NCBI GenBank assembly: GCA_904063045.1
Contig: CAJFCJ010000008.1
Location: 806,001 to 870,000 of the forward strand
Direction of reading: 5' to 3'
Length of the DNA: 64,000 nt
Source of the DNA: Dimorphilus gyrociliatus
Lineage: Eukaryota > Animalia > Annelida
Positions 21,687-31,879 of the stretch are shown here, in pieces. The notes under the pieces are model-generated. The model was not told the origin of the DNA. It worked only from the letters and a program-made list of their open reading frames with translations, and did not search any database. Every line of letters begins with the position of its first letter. The first letter of the stretch is position 1. Both the position numbers and the translations under genes were made by a program.

Positions 21687-24600
21687 TTAATCTTCGTCCC
21701 AAGCAAAAGGTTCTGGTGGTGCAGGTTCTTCCTCTTCGTCATCTTTCTTGGGACCTCCTGTGGCCATCATTTCTACGATCTCTTCTGGTTCATCCGCCCG
21801 TTTGTTCTTCAACATTATTATGCCCCCTATAGAGATATTTTTCAAAGGCGAATATTTTGAATTTTGAGGCAAAGTCATGACGGCTAATTGGCTTCTCATA
21901 ACTCGTGCTGGATTGTCCAACATTTCGTGGTTCGCTTCTTTCTTTACTTCTCGATCCTTCTCCTTCTCCTTCTCTTTTTCTTTTTCCTTCTCTTTCTCTT
22001 TCTCTTTCTCCTTTTCCTTCTCTTTTTCCTTTTCTTTTTCTTCTTTAACCTCGGGTTCATCTACTTCCATTTTTTCTTCTGTCTTTTTCTTTTCCTCCTT
22101 TTTCTTTTGCTTAGCCGTGATTGAGAGAATAGCAGTTTCAACCTTCTCGCCCTTCTTATCTTTTTTCTCCTCAAGCATAGGCGGATAAGCAAAGGTCGAA
22201 CTTTTTGCGTTAGATTTAAATTGCAATTTAGGCATATCTAATTTAGCATTCAATCCAATAAGTGCTGTTGAGTGGAATGCTAAGCTTAAAAAGTGAACAA
22301 GGGGATACCAATACCAATATTGCTGGAAAATTAATAAGCCAACTACGGCAGGAGCAGACATATGACCTGTTCTCGACTGTAAAGATACCGTAACATTTCG
22401 ACCACCAGCATCAATAATTCCTTGAGCTAAAATGGCACCAAATTTCGCCATTACATCTTCATGTTTATCTCCTATTACCTTGGAATACATTTGCCTAAAA
22501 GTTGCTGACTTCGGACATGTAGTTTCGTTTTGTTGAATTAGAACTAATGCTGATGCTATTAAAGCTCCTTGGCGAACATAGTTTGTAGGATCATTAGTTA
22601 ATGGCTCTAAGAGTGCAAGAGCTTCTTTCAGACCAGTTCCAGCACAAGCAATACCAAGAGCTTGAGCAGCTCCGAATCTGACATGTGGATTATAGCTTTC
22701 TGATAATAGAGACACGACGCTAGGACATTGATCAGCTGATCTGAAAAGGATAAATCCGATTGAAGTAACAGCTATTCTTCTGACATCATCGTTCACATCG
22801 CTAACAGCTACATGCAACAGTCGTCTTATAGCTTCATTACTTCCAGTACCAGCATAGGCCAAACCGATCATGTACATAGCTGACCATCTTAAAATAGGAT
22901 CCTTATCCATACTCAAATCGGCTATGATAACATCAGCCTCTTCTAAGCGACCGTAAACTGTCAGAGACATTCCAACAGCTAGCCCTCTAACTATTTTCTC
23001 ATGCTGTGTTTCACTTGCATATCCTTTCATATCTTCAATCACTGAACTGTTATTCGTTGCCAACATAACTAAACCCATGGCTAAAGCTGCAGCCTCACCA
23101 GTTACAGCATCATCTTGGTACAAAGCTGACTTTAACTGTTCATACAAGTCTTGCCTAGCTGTTCCCATGGCAGCAAGACCCAATCCTAAACAAGCTCCAT
23201 GTTTCACAACTTCTGATGTAGAGTTATTTAGTTGTTGCAGTAGGTAATCAATTACTGCCGCACCATGGTTTGCATGAATTAATCCCAAGGCGTATAAACC
23301 TCCTCCCTCCGAATAGGACGAAGATGAGTCGCTTTCTTTTGGCAAATATGTTGACATGAATTGCATGGCGTTCTTTTCGTGGCCTCGGTGTATAACGCCT
23401 AAACTTGCTGTTGCAGCAAATTTAGCCCAATTTGTTGCTCTAGATAACCAGTCCAAATTTTCTCTCAAAAATTGATCAGATGTGGTTCCATAATGCATAA
23501 AAGAATTAGCCATAACTGTTGCATTGTGGCAAATAGAATTTCTAATAGACTCCTTTGTGTTCTTCAGGATAAGCATATCCCCGTGATTATTTCTGATAAG
23601 GAATTGAAGGTGCAATTCGATAGTTTTTTCTCCACTTAGAATATTTAAAAGTTTATCACGCTTCTCAGTGTTTTCTTTTGTAACTGTAACACTTTCTTCT
23701 GTCTCTTCACCGGATGGAGTTGGTTTTAAAGCTGATTGAACTTGCTGAACAAATTGCTGCGTAGCACTCTCATAAAGATCAAAACAGATCTGATAAGCCA
23801 TTAAAAGGTCTTCCTCACTTCCTCCTAGCAGTTTTTCCAATATATCAGCTACAGCTTGAGAATCACCCAAGAAAATTAAACACTGAAAAAATGAAATATA
23901 TTCAATAACTCTAGAAGTACATATTGTCAGAAAATTACTAAAATCAACTTACCTGACAGACGTTGATAAAAGCTGGGATGTTCAAAGCCATATATAAATC
24001 CACTAATTTTCTCAGGACTGTATTACGAAACTGTCTATTTTGGATTAATGACATACACACTTTAAGGGAAAACGTAAGAATATCTTTCATGTCGTCACTT
24101 TTAGAGACAGCCTGTTCGAATACATCTGTTCGGTAAGTTTCAAAGGCAATACCAATTGCTTGTTTGAATTGGCTATGTTTAAGACATCTTTCAAACATTC
24201 TGTTAACAATACCCTCAAGTTTCGGATCAATATCTTTCTTCTCATTTGACTCATAATTATGACGGCGCAGTTTTGTATACTGATCTATACACTTAGTTAT
24301 CATTGTTTCTACATATTCGGAAGTGGAATTAACATCGAATAGATTATCTGCTCCCAATGCAAAGGCAACAGCATCTTCAAAAGCCCCCAAATGATAATAC
24401 ACTTTCGACGTCAATAAGGCAGCTTGTTTACGATGGACAAACGTTTCATCTTCATATAGCATTTCTCTGAGAAAGATACACACAGATGAATACTTGTGAA
24501 CTGTCACAATTCTTTATTAATTCATATTTGATACTTACAATTTGCTCACAGACTCAGATATTTCGGGCCAGAAATGATCTACAACTTGATCAAGTTTTTT

Positions 24601-24854
24601 CAGAGCAAAATCCTGGATCAATCAAATGATTACATAAAAACCAATATTTAGATATGTACTACTTGAACAAACCTTAACTTGATGCTCTGGCTCATCTAGT
24701 AGAGCTATTATTCCGGCTGAAAGCAATTTAATAGTTATATTATCGCTCTCTAATATTTTGACGATCATAAAACAAGTGTTTTAAGATAAATCTTTATACA
24801 AAAATCAAGTGATCTGATAGAAAAATTACCTGCAGACGTAATGTTGAGCCGCAT
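21687..24854 (-). CDS. PSMD1: 26S proteasome non-ATPase regulatory subunit 1 (Rpn2)
   Basis: Five exons. N-terminus [21 protein letters not shown] repeats ([17 protein letters not shown]) and C-terminus [13 protein letters not shown]. Confidence 0.98.
21958..22043. repeat. Coding (EK)n low-complexity tract within Rpn2
   Basis: [25 protein letters not shown] encoded by a purine-rich 6-bp repeat on the minus strand. Confidence 0.9.
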
Positions 24855-24926
24855 ATTTATTTAAGTTGTTAGAAAACTAATAATATGGAAAATTGCCGAC
24901 AATGACTTGCAAATGGTCGCGGATTG

Positions 24927-25098
24927 CCGGAAGATGGCGTGTTACGAAAATATTTTTCGTACTTCAATTCAGCATGTATTTAGTTTCATAAAATAATAAA
25001 ATTATAATAAAAAGACAAATTTATTAATATAAAATAATTCCTGAGGTTATTCAATCCTCCTGGAACTTGTTTCTAGAGATGGCGACCTGAACTTCCGG
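24927..25098. promoter_or_regulatory. Divergent PSMD1/MRTF promoter with paired YY1-like (AGATGGCG) and ETS-like (CCGGAAG/ACTTCCGG) motifs
   Basis: CCGGAAGATGGCG at 24927-24939, AGATGGCG at 25077-25084 and ACTTCCGG at 25091-25098, between divergent start codons. Confidence 0.55.
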
Positions 25099-25434
25099 AA
25101 TCCCGGTGAAGCAAGGGAACCCCATAACCGAAAAAGGACTTAGAAGTTTTTTGTTTATGCTAGAAAGATTTTACGCTTATATACCAGCGGATCTGTCAAG
25201 TTCCAACCACCTCTGCCTTTTGCAGATTAAATAAATAGTTAGTATCAATTTGTTTCCTCTCAGTCGACAAAATAACTAAATTTTAAGCTGTGTTCGCATT
25301 TAAACCGGTCGATTGCTGATTAGTATATTTATAAATATCGAACAGTCATCGCAATCACTTATTACAGATCAATCATCTTAATAAAATATATAAGAAGTTA
25401 GTAGTTTGTTTTATAGATTGTTTAACGCATAGAA

Positions 25435-27214
25435 ATGAGCTGGCTGAGAAGGCTACTGCAAAACGGTAACACTTGTAACACTATCATTGATGAGTCAGCA
25501 TAGGTGTTTATAAATAATTCTAAATATTCTCTCTTTCGCTTACTATACACTACTATATATACATTTATACATAAGTGTATATTCAAAATAGATTTAATCA
25601 GCCATCAAATTACAAAAAAAGCACTACTGAAACTAGTGTAAAAAAAACTTGACGCCCTTCAACTTTCTAATGATATATAAAATCAAGTTTCCTTAGGTTT
25701 TGATCTATTTATACATAAAAACCAAGGTCCTGTAACCGAATCTATACCATTATTGCCGTTATTAATTGTTTTATTATAGAACAATAATTTCACAATGTTA
25801 AAAACAAAGTTTATTTAACTGCACGCAAACTTTTATTTTAAGTGCAATGAATGAATAGTTTAGAATATGTATTTAATTGGCCTTATCTTATTGACCTAAC
25901 TAGGCACACTAATTAAGAAAAACTCTTGATAAACAATTAAAGCATGTGTTACGCACTAGACTTTTATGTGTATACAGTTTATATATATTCTTTATTACTT
26001 GTTGTAAATTGAATTTATCGTAGGAATTGTATTATAGATAAAGAAGTCTAAGATAGTTATTATGTGGTGTACCCGAGAATATCAAGCACAGGTGAATTTT
26101 ATCGATTTTTTCTGCATATATATGAATATTACGCTTTTCATTGTCACCTTAACCATTGAAGTTGAGCTACTGCTTCAAAACGGATAATTGATAAAAGAGA
26201 ACATAAAATCTATTCTTTGAAACATCTCTAGAAAAGTTCTATTGCTCATTCATAGCCAACAATTTCGTATGTTTAGATCGAGCGAATGCTTTTGAAAGAT
26301 TCTTTATCACGCTTCTAGACGATCTTTTAAGAATGTAAATAAATTTATTGTACATATTATTAAATTATTTATAATTTTTTATTATTACAGTTTGCATCGC
26401 TCTGCACTATTGAATATGCAAAATCCGCCTGATTCACCTAGATTACCATCACCTACATCTCCCTGTGTTGAAGAGACGTCACTCCTACCAGACATGGGAA
26501 AAAACAAGGACAGTTAGTATCTTTTTTTTAATTTCTTATACAAAATGTGAAGATTAATTTTTATTTTAGCTCTTGAACGAAGGCTCCAATGCAGAAGATC
26601 AGTAAATGAATTAGTTGACCAAGGCATTTATCCTTGTATGTATCTATCCTTTAGCATATTTTGTAATTATTAATTATTATATTCATTTATTTACAGCTTT
26701 ACGTATTCCCCCCCACTATGCTGCTCAACAAAAGCAGTTACAGCTGGCCAAGGTATATATATACATATATATGTATATATAGATAGATACTGTATATATT
26801 TTTAAATAGAATTTATAGATTACTCAAACTAAAGTTGATAAACTATTTGGAATGATAGAACATTTATATTAGTATCTTAGAAATTGTACAATGTGAAATT
26901 TAACAGGAATCGTAGCCTTGAAAATTGTCATTGCGAATAGATATTGGATTTATAAAATCTAGACAAAAACGTTATTTAAAAGCAAACAGATACTCAATAA
27001 TGCAATAGGCTGCTCTCCAATTTTAAATTAACTTTAAATATTGTTTCTTTAAATGTATATCGAAAGGATAAAGAAAGGCCATTATTCTCTATTGTTTCGC
27101 TTTATGAACGAGATTGAACATTTTTATTCGTTTTAAGTATCAATCGTCTATATTGATTATTAAAAAGCAGATGTTTCCCTAATGGATATACTTTTTTTAA
27201 TCCGTTAAGAAAAG

Positions 27215-27248
<34 letters not shown>

Positions 27249-29139
27249 GAATATAGCTAACACAAAAAGCTCATATATAGAGCTTTAAAAATCATAGAAT
27301 TATTAACATATCGATTTATTTTGAAGACAATCTAATGGCTAAAATAAGATTTATTCTCTTTGTACTTTTAATAGTTCTTATTGTTCTTTTCATTGCTTTC
27401 TCAATAGACGAGTGATATACTCAAACATAAGATACAACAAAGACCGGATCGTCAATCTCTAGTCCAACAACATATCTTGGAAGGTAATATAATCATACAC
27501 GTATTTTTTTGAAACATTATTCAAGCCTACTTTTTATACAGATTTTAATGTCGACCCCTCCCTTCATGGAAAACAGAGACAATTTATTAAAGCTAGACTG
27601 CAGGATAACCTTTCGCAGCATCTTGTCACTCGACCAGGACCCTTGGACCTTGTTAGGGATCGAATACTTCCAGCAGAAAAAGAACTGCAGGACGCTCTCG
27701 CTAGAAATGAAGAGTACACAGAAGAATATTCAACAGAATATACAGCAGAATATACGGCTAGTCCAGAAGAAGAGTATAAAGACGATAATAGTTTTGCTTC
27801 TCTTATGAAGTTACAGCCAGATGAATTTATAGGTGCAAAAAAAGATGTTACCCAATATAACTTGGGAAATGTTTCAAGCAATGATGGAGGGGGCAAAATG
27901 TCCACTGTTCGAAAGAATAGAGATAAAAATAGACAACAAAAATCAACTCCCAGGGCCAGAGTGATAAAATTTCATGAGTATAAAGGTCCTACTAAAAAAA
28001 GTCCCGTTAGACGAAGAAGACCCTCTTTTGACTCAAATTCTATGAAAACAAGTCACAGCCAAAGGCTGCAACAGCAGCAAATGTATTTAGATTTTGAGCA
28101 AGTATCTCCCTGCAGTCCCAACTCCTTAATGATAAAAAGTTTGGAAAATTTAAACGTAGGAGAATTAAAAGCTGAATGTAGAAAAAGAAATATACCTGTG
28201 GGTAGAACAAAAAAAGAACTGTTAGAAAAATTGCGCCTATTCTCAGACGAAATTATGCAGGAAAACTGTAATCAACAAACTAGACCGTCTTTTGGCATGG
28301 ACGTAGAAAATTCAACTGAAATAAATAAAGATGAAATGATCGCTCAATTGCAGCAAGAAATTATCGAACTTCGCAAGTCGGTAATAGAATATAAAACGAA
28401 ATGGGAAAGAACTGAGGCTCAAATGCTTGAAGAGAGGAAGAAACAGAGTATCAGACCGAAGACAACACCCCAGCCAGTTATAGCACAGATAAAAATAATG
28501 TCTGCCGTTAATGGAACTAATGATCCCAGTTCTAATTTACAATTGATAAGTCAAGCTCTACAGCAGGCTGTTGGATCGAATTTAATCAAAGATACTTCCA
28601 ATAGGACTATTGATAATGCTGACATCACATCTGGAGAAAGATCATTTACTGGACTCAGCCAATCCAATAGTGGAATCAAGTAAGTTATCTATAGACAAGC
28701 AAATATAAGGAATTGATAACATTATCTAACTTTTAAATTCTTTGACAGTTTACTACCAGCGTCTGAAACTTCTCCTGATGCTTCTTCTCCTGTTTCAAAC
28801 CATGGAATTAAGACTGTTGAAAATGTATGTAATTTACATCGATCTTCTACTGAGCCTCTGCCTTTATCTCATCAGGATTATTTTAATCAACAAATGAACA
28901 ATAAGCAATTATCCGAGTTGTTAGATGTTATAAAGTCAGACTCAACACCGCTGATGGAATGGAATGAGACTCAAATGGCAAATACAGATCAAAATCTATC
29001 GTCTCAAACGAAGATTCCACCGAACACAATCGACTTGTCCGATTTTAGGTCACCTAATGAAAACGACGGCGTTTTTCCTTTTGACAACGTGATAGATTTT
29101 GATCTTGATGCAACCGAATTAAATAAATTTCTCGGATAA
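25435..29139 (+). CDS. MRTF: Myocardin-related transcription factor (RPEL x3, basic, Q-rich, SAP, coiled coil)
   Basis: Spliced RPEL-like motifs RRSVNELVDQGIYP, RPDRQSLVQQHIL and RPGPLDLVRDRILP; KFHEYKGP; RLQQQQMYL; SAP domain LNVGELKAECRKRNIPVG. Confidence 0.9.
25490..25500 (+). promoter_or_regulatory. Candidate ARE/CNC-Maf element ATGAGTCAGCA
   Basis: Exact match to RTGASnnnGCA about 640 bp upstream of the PSMD1 start, inside MRTF intron 1. Confidence 0.4.
27213..27249. repeat. (TA)n microsatellite (similar tracts near 19137, 19815, 29205, 55945)
   Basis: TA dinucleotide runs read directly. Confidence 0.85.
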
Positions 29140-29473
29140 CACTTGAAACAGAAGTCTCTTAATTTTCTTGAGCATTCCATTTGGTATCATTGTAAATAGG
29201 AGAATGTTGAAATATATATTGTATTATATATATATATATATATATAATATTGGTATATTTTATCTACCGCAAAATATTTTTTTAAAGAGTGTCACAATAT
29301 TTTTTTTTAATAAAACAATTCAGAAATGCATTTCAAATTATTCAGTTATTTTTTATCTAGATTCGCGGTTTTCAACTAAATAATAAGTCTTGATCTTTTG
29401 TGAATAATATTTTTATTGACAATAACACACGGCAAAAATGAGTTTTTTACAAATGTTTACTATTTATATGATT

Positions 29474-30247
29474 TTATAAAGTGATGCATTGATTCGGGGG
29501 TTCTATTCCTTTTGCTTTACAAACATCTTGCAGTAGCTCCTTCAAATATTCGATTTCTCTCATTTTTTCCTTACATTCGCTTTTGAGGTTCTTGTTTATG
29601 TCCATTAATTCTTCCAACTCGCCTCCCTGAACTTGTTTTTGCGCTTTTTTCTTTAAGCGATATCTGATAGCAGCATCTTTGTTCTGCTGCTTCTTCCTCA
29701 GTTTTTTATCAAGATGCTTTTCATATGATGGGACTTTGTATGGATGAGATCTTACTGATTTGGGTGATTCTGGTGCTTCATCCAAAGCTTCGCAAACTTT
29801 TCTTAGTTCAAATGCATCTTGAATTATAGAAGCATCTTCCTTTGTGATCTGCAGCGTTGATTCCATCTCAAGTTCGAAATCCAGCATCGTGTCGATATAG
29901 TCATCAGTGGAGCATCCTGCTCTTTCTGTAACATCCACATCAATGTCAAAATCTGTACCGCTGAGAAGATCGCTTAATTCATTTCCGTCATTTAGCGGAA
30001 AAGCCTGGGAAGGACTCGTAGGCGGAGTTCCAAGTGGGCTCAAGCCCTCCACAGGGCTTACAGCCTGAACAACCTCATCACTGTTGTAAGAGCCATTTAG
30101 AATATGACCATCTTGGCATTTTAGGAGGCATTGCAAGGTGGTTGTTGTAGCGTTGGTGAACTGGTCCGGTTCAATGTCTACTGGGTTTGATAGACTCGAG
30201 AACTCCCCGAAAAGGGTCCAGTCGTCGATTAATTCTGGCAAACTCAT
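29474..30247 (-). CDS. ATF4: bZIP transcription factor ATF4
   Basis: C-terminal bZIP LDKKLRKKQQNKDAAIRYRLKKK...EIEYLKELL, preceding HPY motif, acidic N-terminus and overlapping uORF architecture. Confidence 0.9.
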   Translation of the reverse strand: MSLPELIDDWTLFGEFSSLSNPVDIEPDQFTNATTTTLQCLLKCQDGHILNGSYNSDEVVQAVSPVEGLSPLGTPPTSPSQAFPLNDGNELSDLLSGTDFDIDVDVTERAGCSTDDYIDTMLDFELEMESTLQITKEDASIIQDAFELRKVCEALDEAPESPKSVRSHPYKVPSYEKHLDKKLRKKQQNKDAAIRYRLKKKAQKQVQGGELEELMDINKNLKSECKEKMREIEYLKELLQDVCKAKGIEPPNQCITL

Positions 30248-30460
30248 GTTTGTTTATTCTAATGATGATTTCACTTAGAGATACAGGAGTTGATAAAATA
30301 GGGGTTTCCATTTTTAATCTGTAAAGAAGTAACATTTGGCTTAAAAACATTTTCAAGTTTTATTCTGCCATATTGTTTCAAGACTCAACTTGCTCTAACT
30401 TTTACATGGTTAATGTTATTAAAAAACACCTAAAAATAAGAACAGTTGAACTTACAACAT
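30171..30460 (-). promoter_or_regulatory. ATF4 inhibitory uORF2 (50 aa, spliced, overlaps main ORF out of frame by 77 nt)
   Basis: ATG at 30460-30458, donor GTAAGT, intron 30319-30455, reading MLLKMETP... to TGA at 30171. Confidence 0.75.
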
Positions 30461-30503
30461 TTTGAACGTGCGGTGCACGTTTGTGCAAGAGATCGCGGGG
30501 TAG

Positions 30504-30518
30504 TTAGAAGCGAATCAT
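30504..30518 (-). promoter_or_regulatory. ATF4 short uORF1 (MIRF*), with an 18-aa uORF at 30521-30577 just upstream
   Basis: ATG ATT CGC TTC TAA on the minus strand. Whether it is transcribed depends on the unknown transcription start. Confidence 0.6.
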
Positions 30519-30808
30519 CGCTAGACAATAAATCTTTTCAATTTCTTATATGATAACCTTTTCCTTCTTGCTGTCATGGGGGAGAATGAATACTCAAGGT
30601 ATTTTTACGGAACTATTTATCGAACACGTGCTGTGTATAGAGCAATAATTTTTTACGAAATTGTGCCTATTGTAAACCAGAGGCAAAAAAATTGCATATT
30701 TTATTTAGCACATAATAGCAAAAATTAATACAATTCTTAATCTTCAAATATATCACACAATTTTATGAAACTATTTTCTTTAGCCGAACAACACAAGACT
30801 ACTCCGCG

Positions 30809-30850
30809 ATTGCATCAGAAAACTGCGTTGACGTCAGTTTCTATTTATAG
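30809..30850. promoter_or_regulatory. CARE/AARE (ATTGCATCA), palindromic CRE (TGACGTCA) and CTATTTATAG (TATA/MEF2-like) cluster upstream of ATF4
   Basis: Exact motifs at 30809-30817, 30829-30836 and 30841-30850. Confidence 0.55.
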
Positions 30851-31879
30851 CGAGTTAATGCTCGTGATAGCTCTAGTTTTAAGAATAAGAATGGGTAGTT
30901 TATAAATTTGAAAGTCTATCTAACTGTTAGTAAATATAATGGAAACCTTGTTTGTTTGGTTTACTAAATAGTCTACTTGAACTTTGTATTTTATTTTATG
31001 TCGGAAAATGTTTATTATAAGCCATAATATGGTCAAAAAATGTGTAGATAAATGATTCACTCACTATTATCCGTCAAATTCGCGCTAAATACGACCTTTT
31101 CTTGGCCATTAATAGGTATACAATAGGTTTCGCTAAAAGAATTTAAAAAAACCCCGTTAGTCAGTTTCTTCAATGTTCAATATGTTATTCCTCATATTGA
31201 TTAACTCTTATTACCAATATAGCTGTTAAAGAATAGTATATTGCGCTATTCCTTCACCCTATCCTTTCTTTGTGAAAACCACATGTGGATATTGGAATGA
31301 TTGAGAAATTAAGAGTATCTTAAAAGTGTAGTTCTTTGAATAATATTAAGTCTTATTACATAATAATTAATAGACTTAAGTAAATTATTCTCTTAATATA
31401 AGCTATTTCATTTGTTTAAAAGCGTGTAAGAAGGAGATTTATACCAATAGTATTCTATAATAGTTTTTCAATAATTTGCGCTTTTTCGTATATTTTATTT
31501 GAAAATTACAAATAATTAATAACAAATAGTATAAATTGAATTTAAATAAACAAAACGGGGTTGATTATAAAAATATTTTTAAATACGAAAATGAAGTATT
31601 CCGTAAAAACTTCCGGTTGAGTTCCTATCGACGCCAACTCTAAAAGAATCTGCGTTACTGAGGAGCAAATTTTTATGAAATAGGAAAAAAATTAAACTGA
31701 ATTTAGGCAATCAAATTATTGGAATCCTTAAAAGAATTTCTAAACTTTATTTAAAATTTTACAAGTTATTGCTTTTAATCGCCATAATATAACAAGTTAA
31801 AGCACGTTCAAGCCGCACAAATGAATTTTTCACAGCTTGACGGACCCTAAATTCTTTCAAATTTTCTCAAAGTAAAGTA

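Noticed and set aside
21877-22188. Phe/Ser- and Leu/Phe-rich + strand ORFs
   Set aside because: Antisense to the Rpn2 (EK)n tract.
27509-27905. Alternative-frame and antisense ORFs in MRTF
   Set aside because: Explained by the MRTF exon and its short repeat; no independent features.
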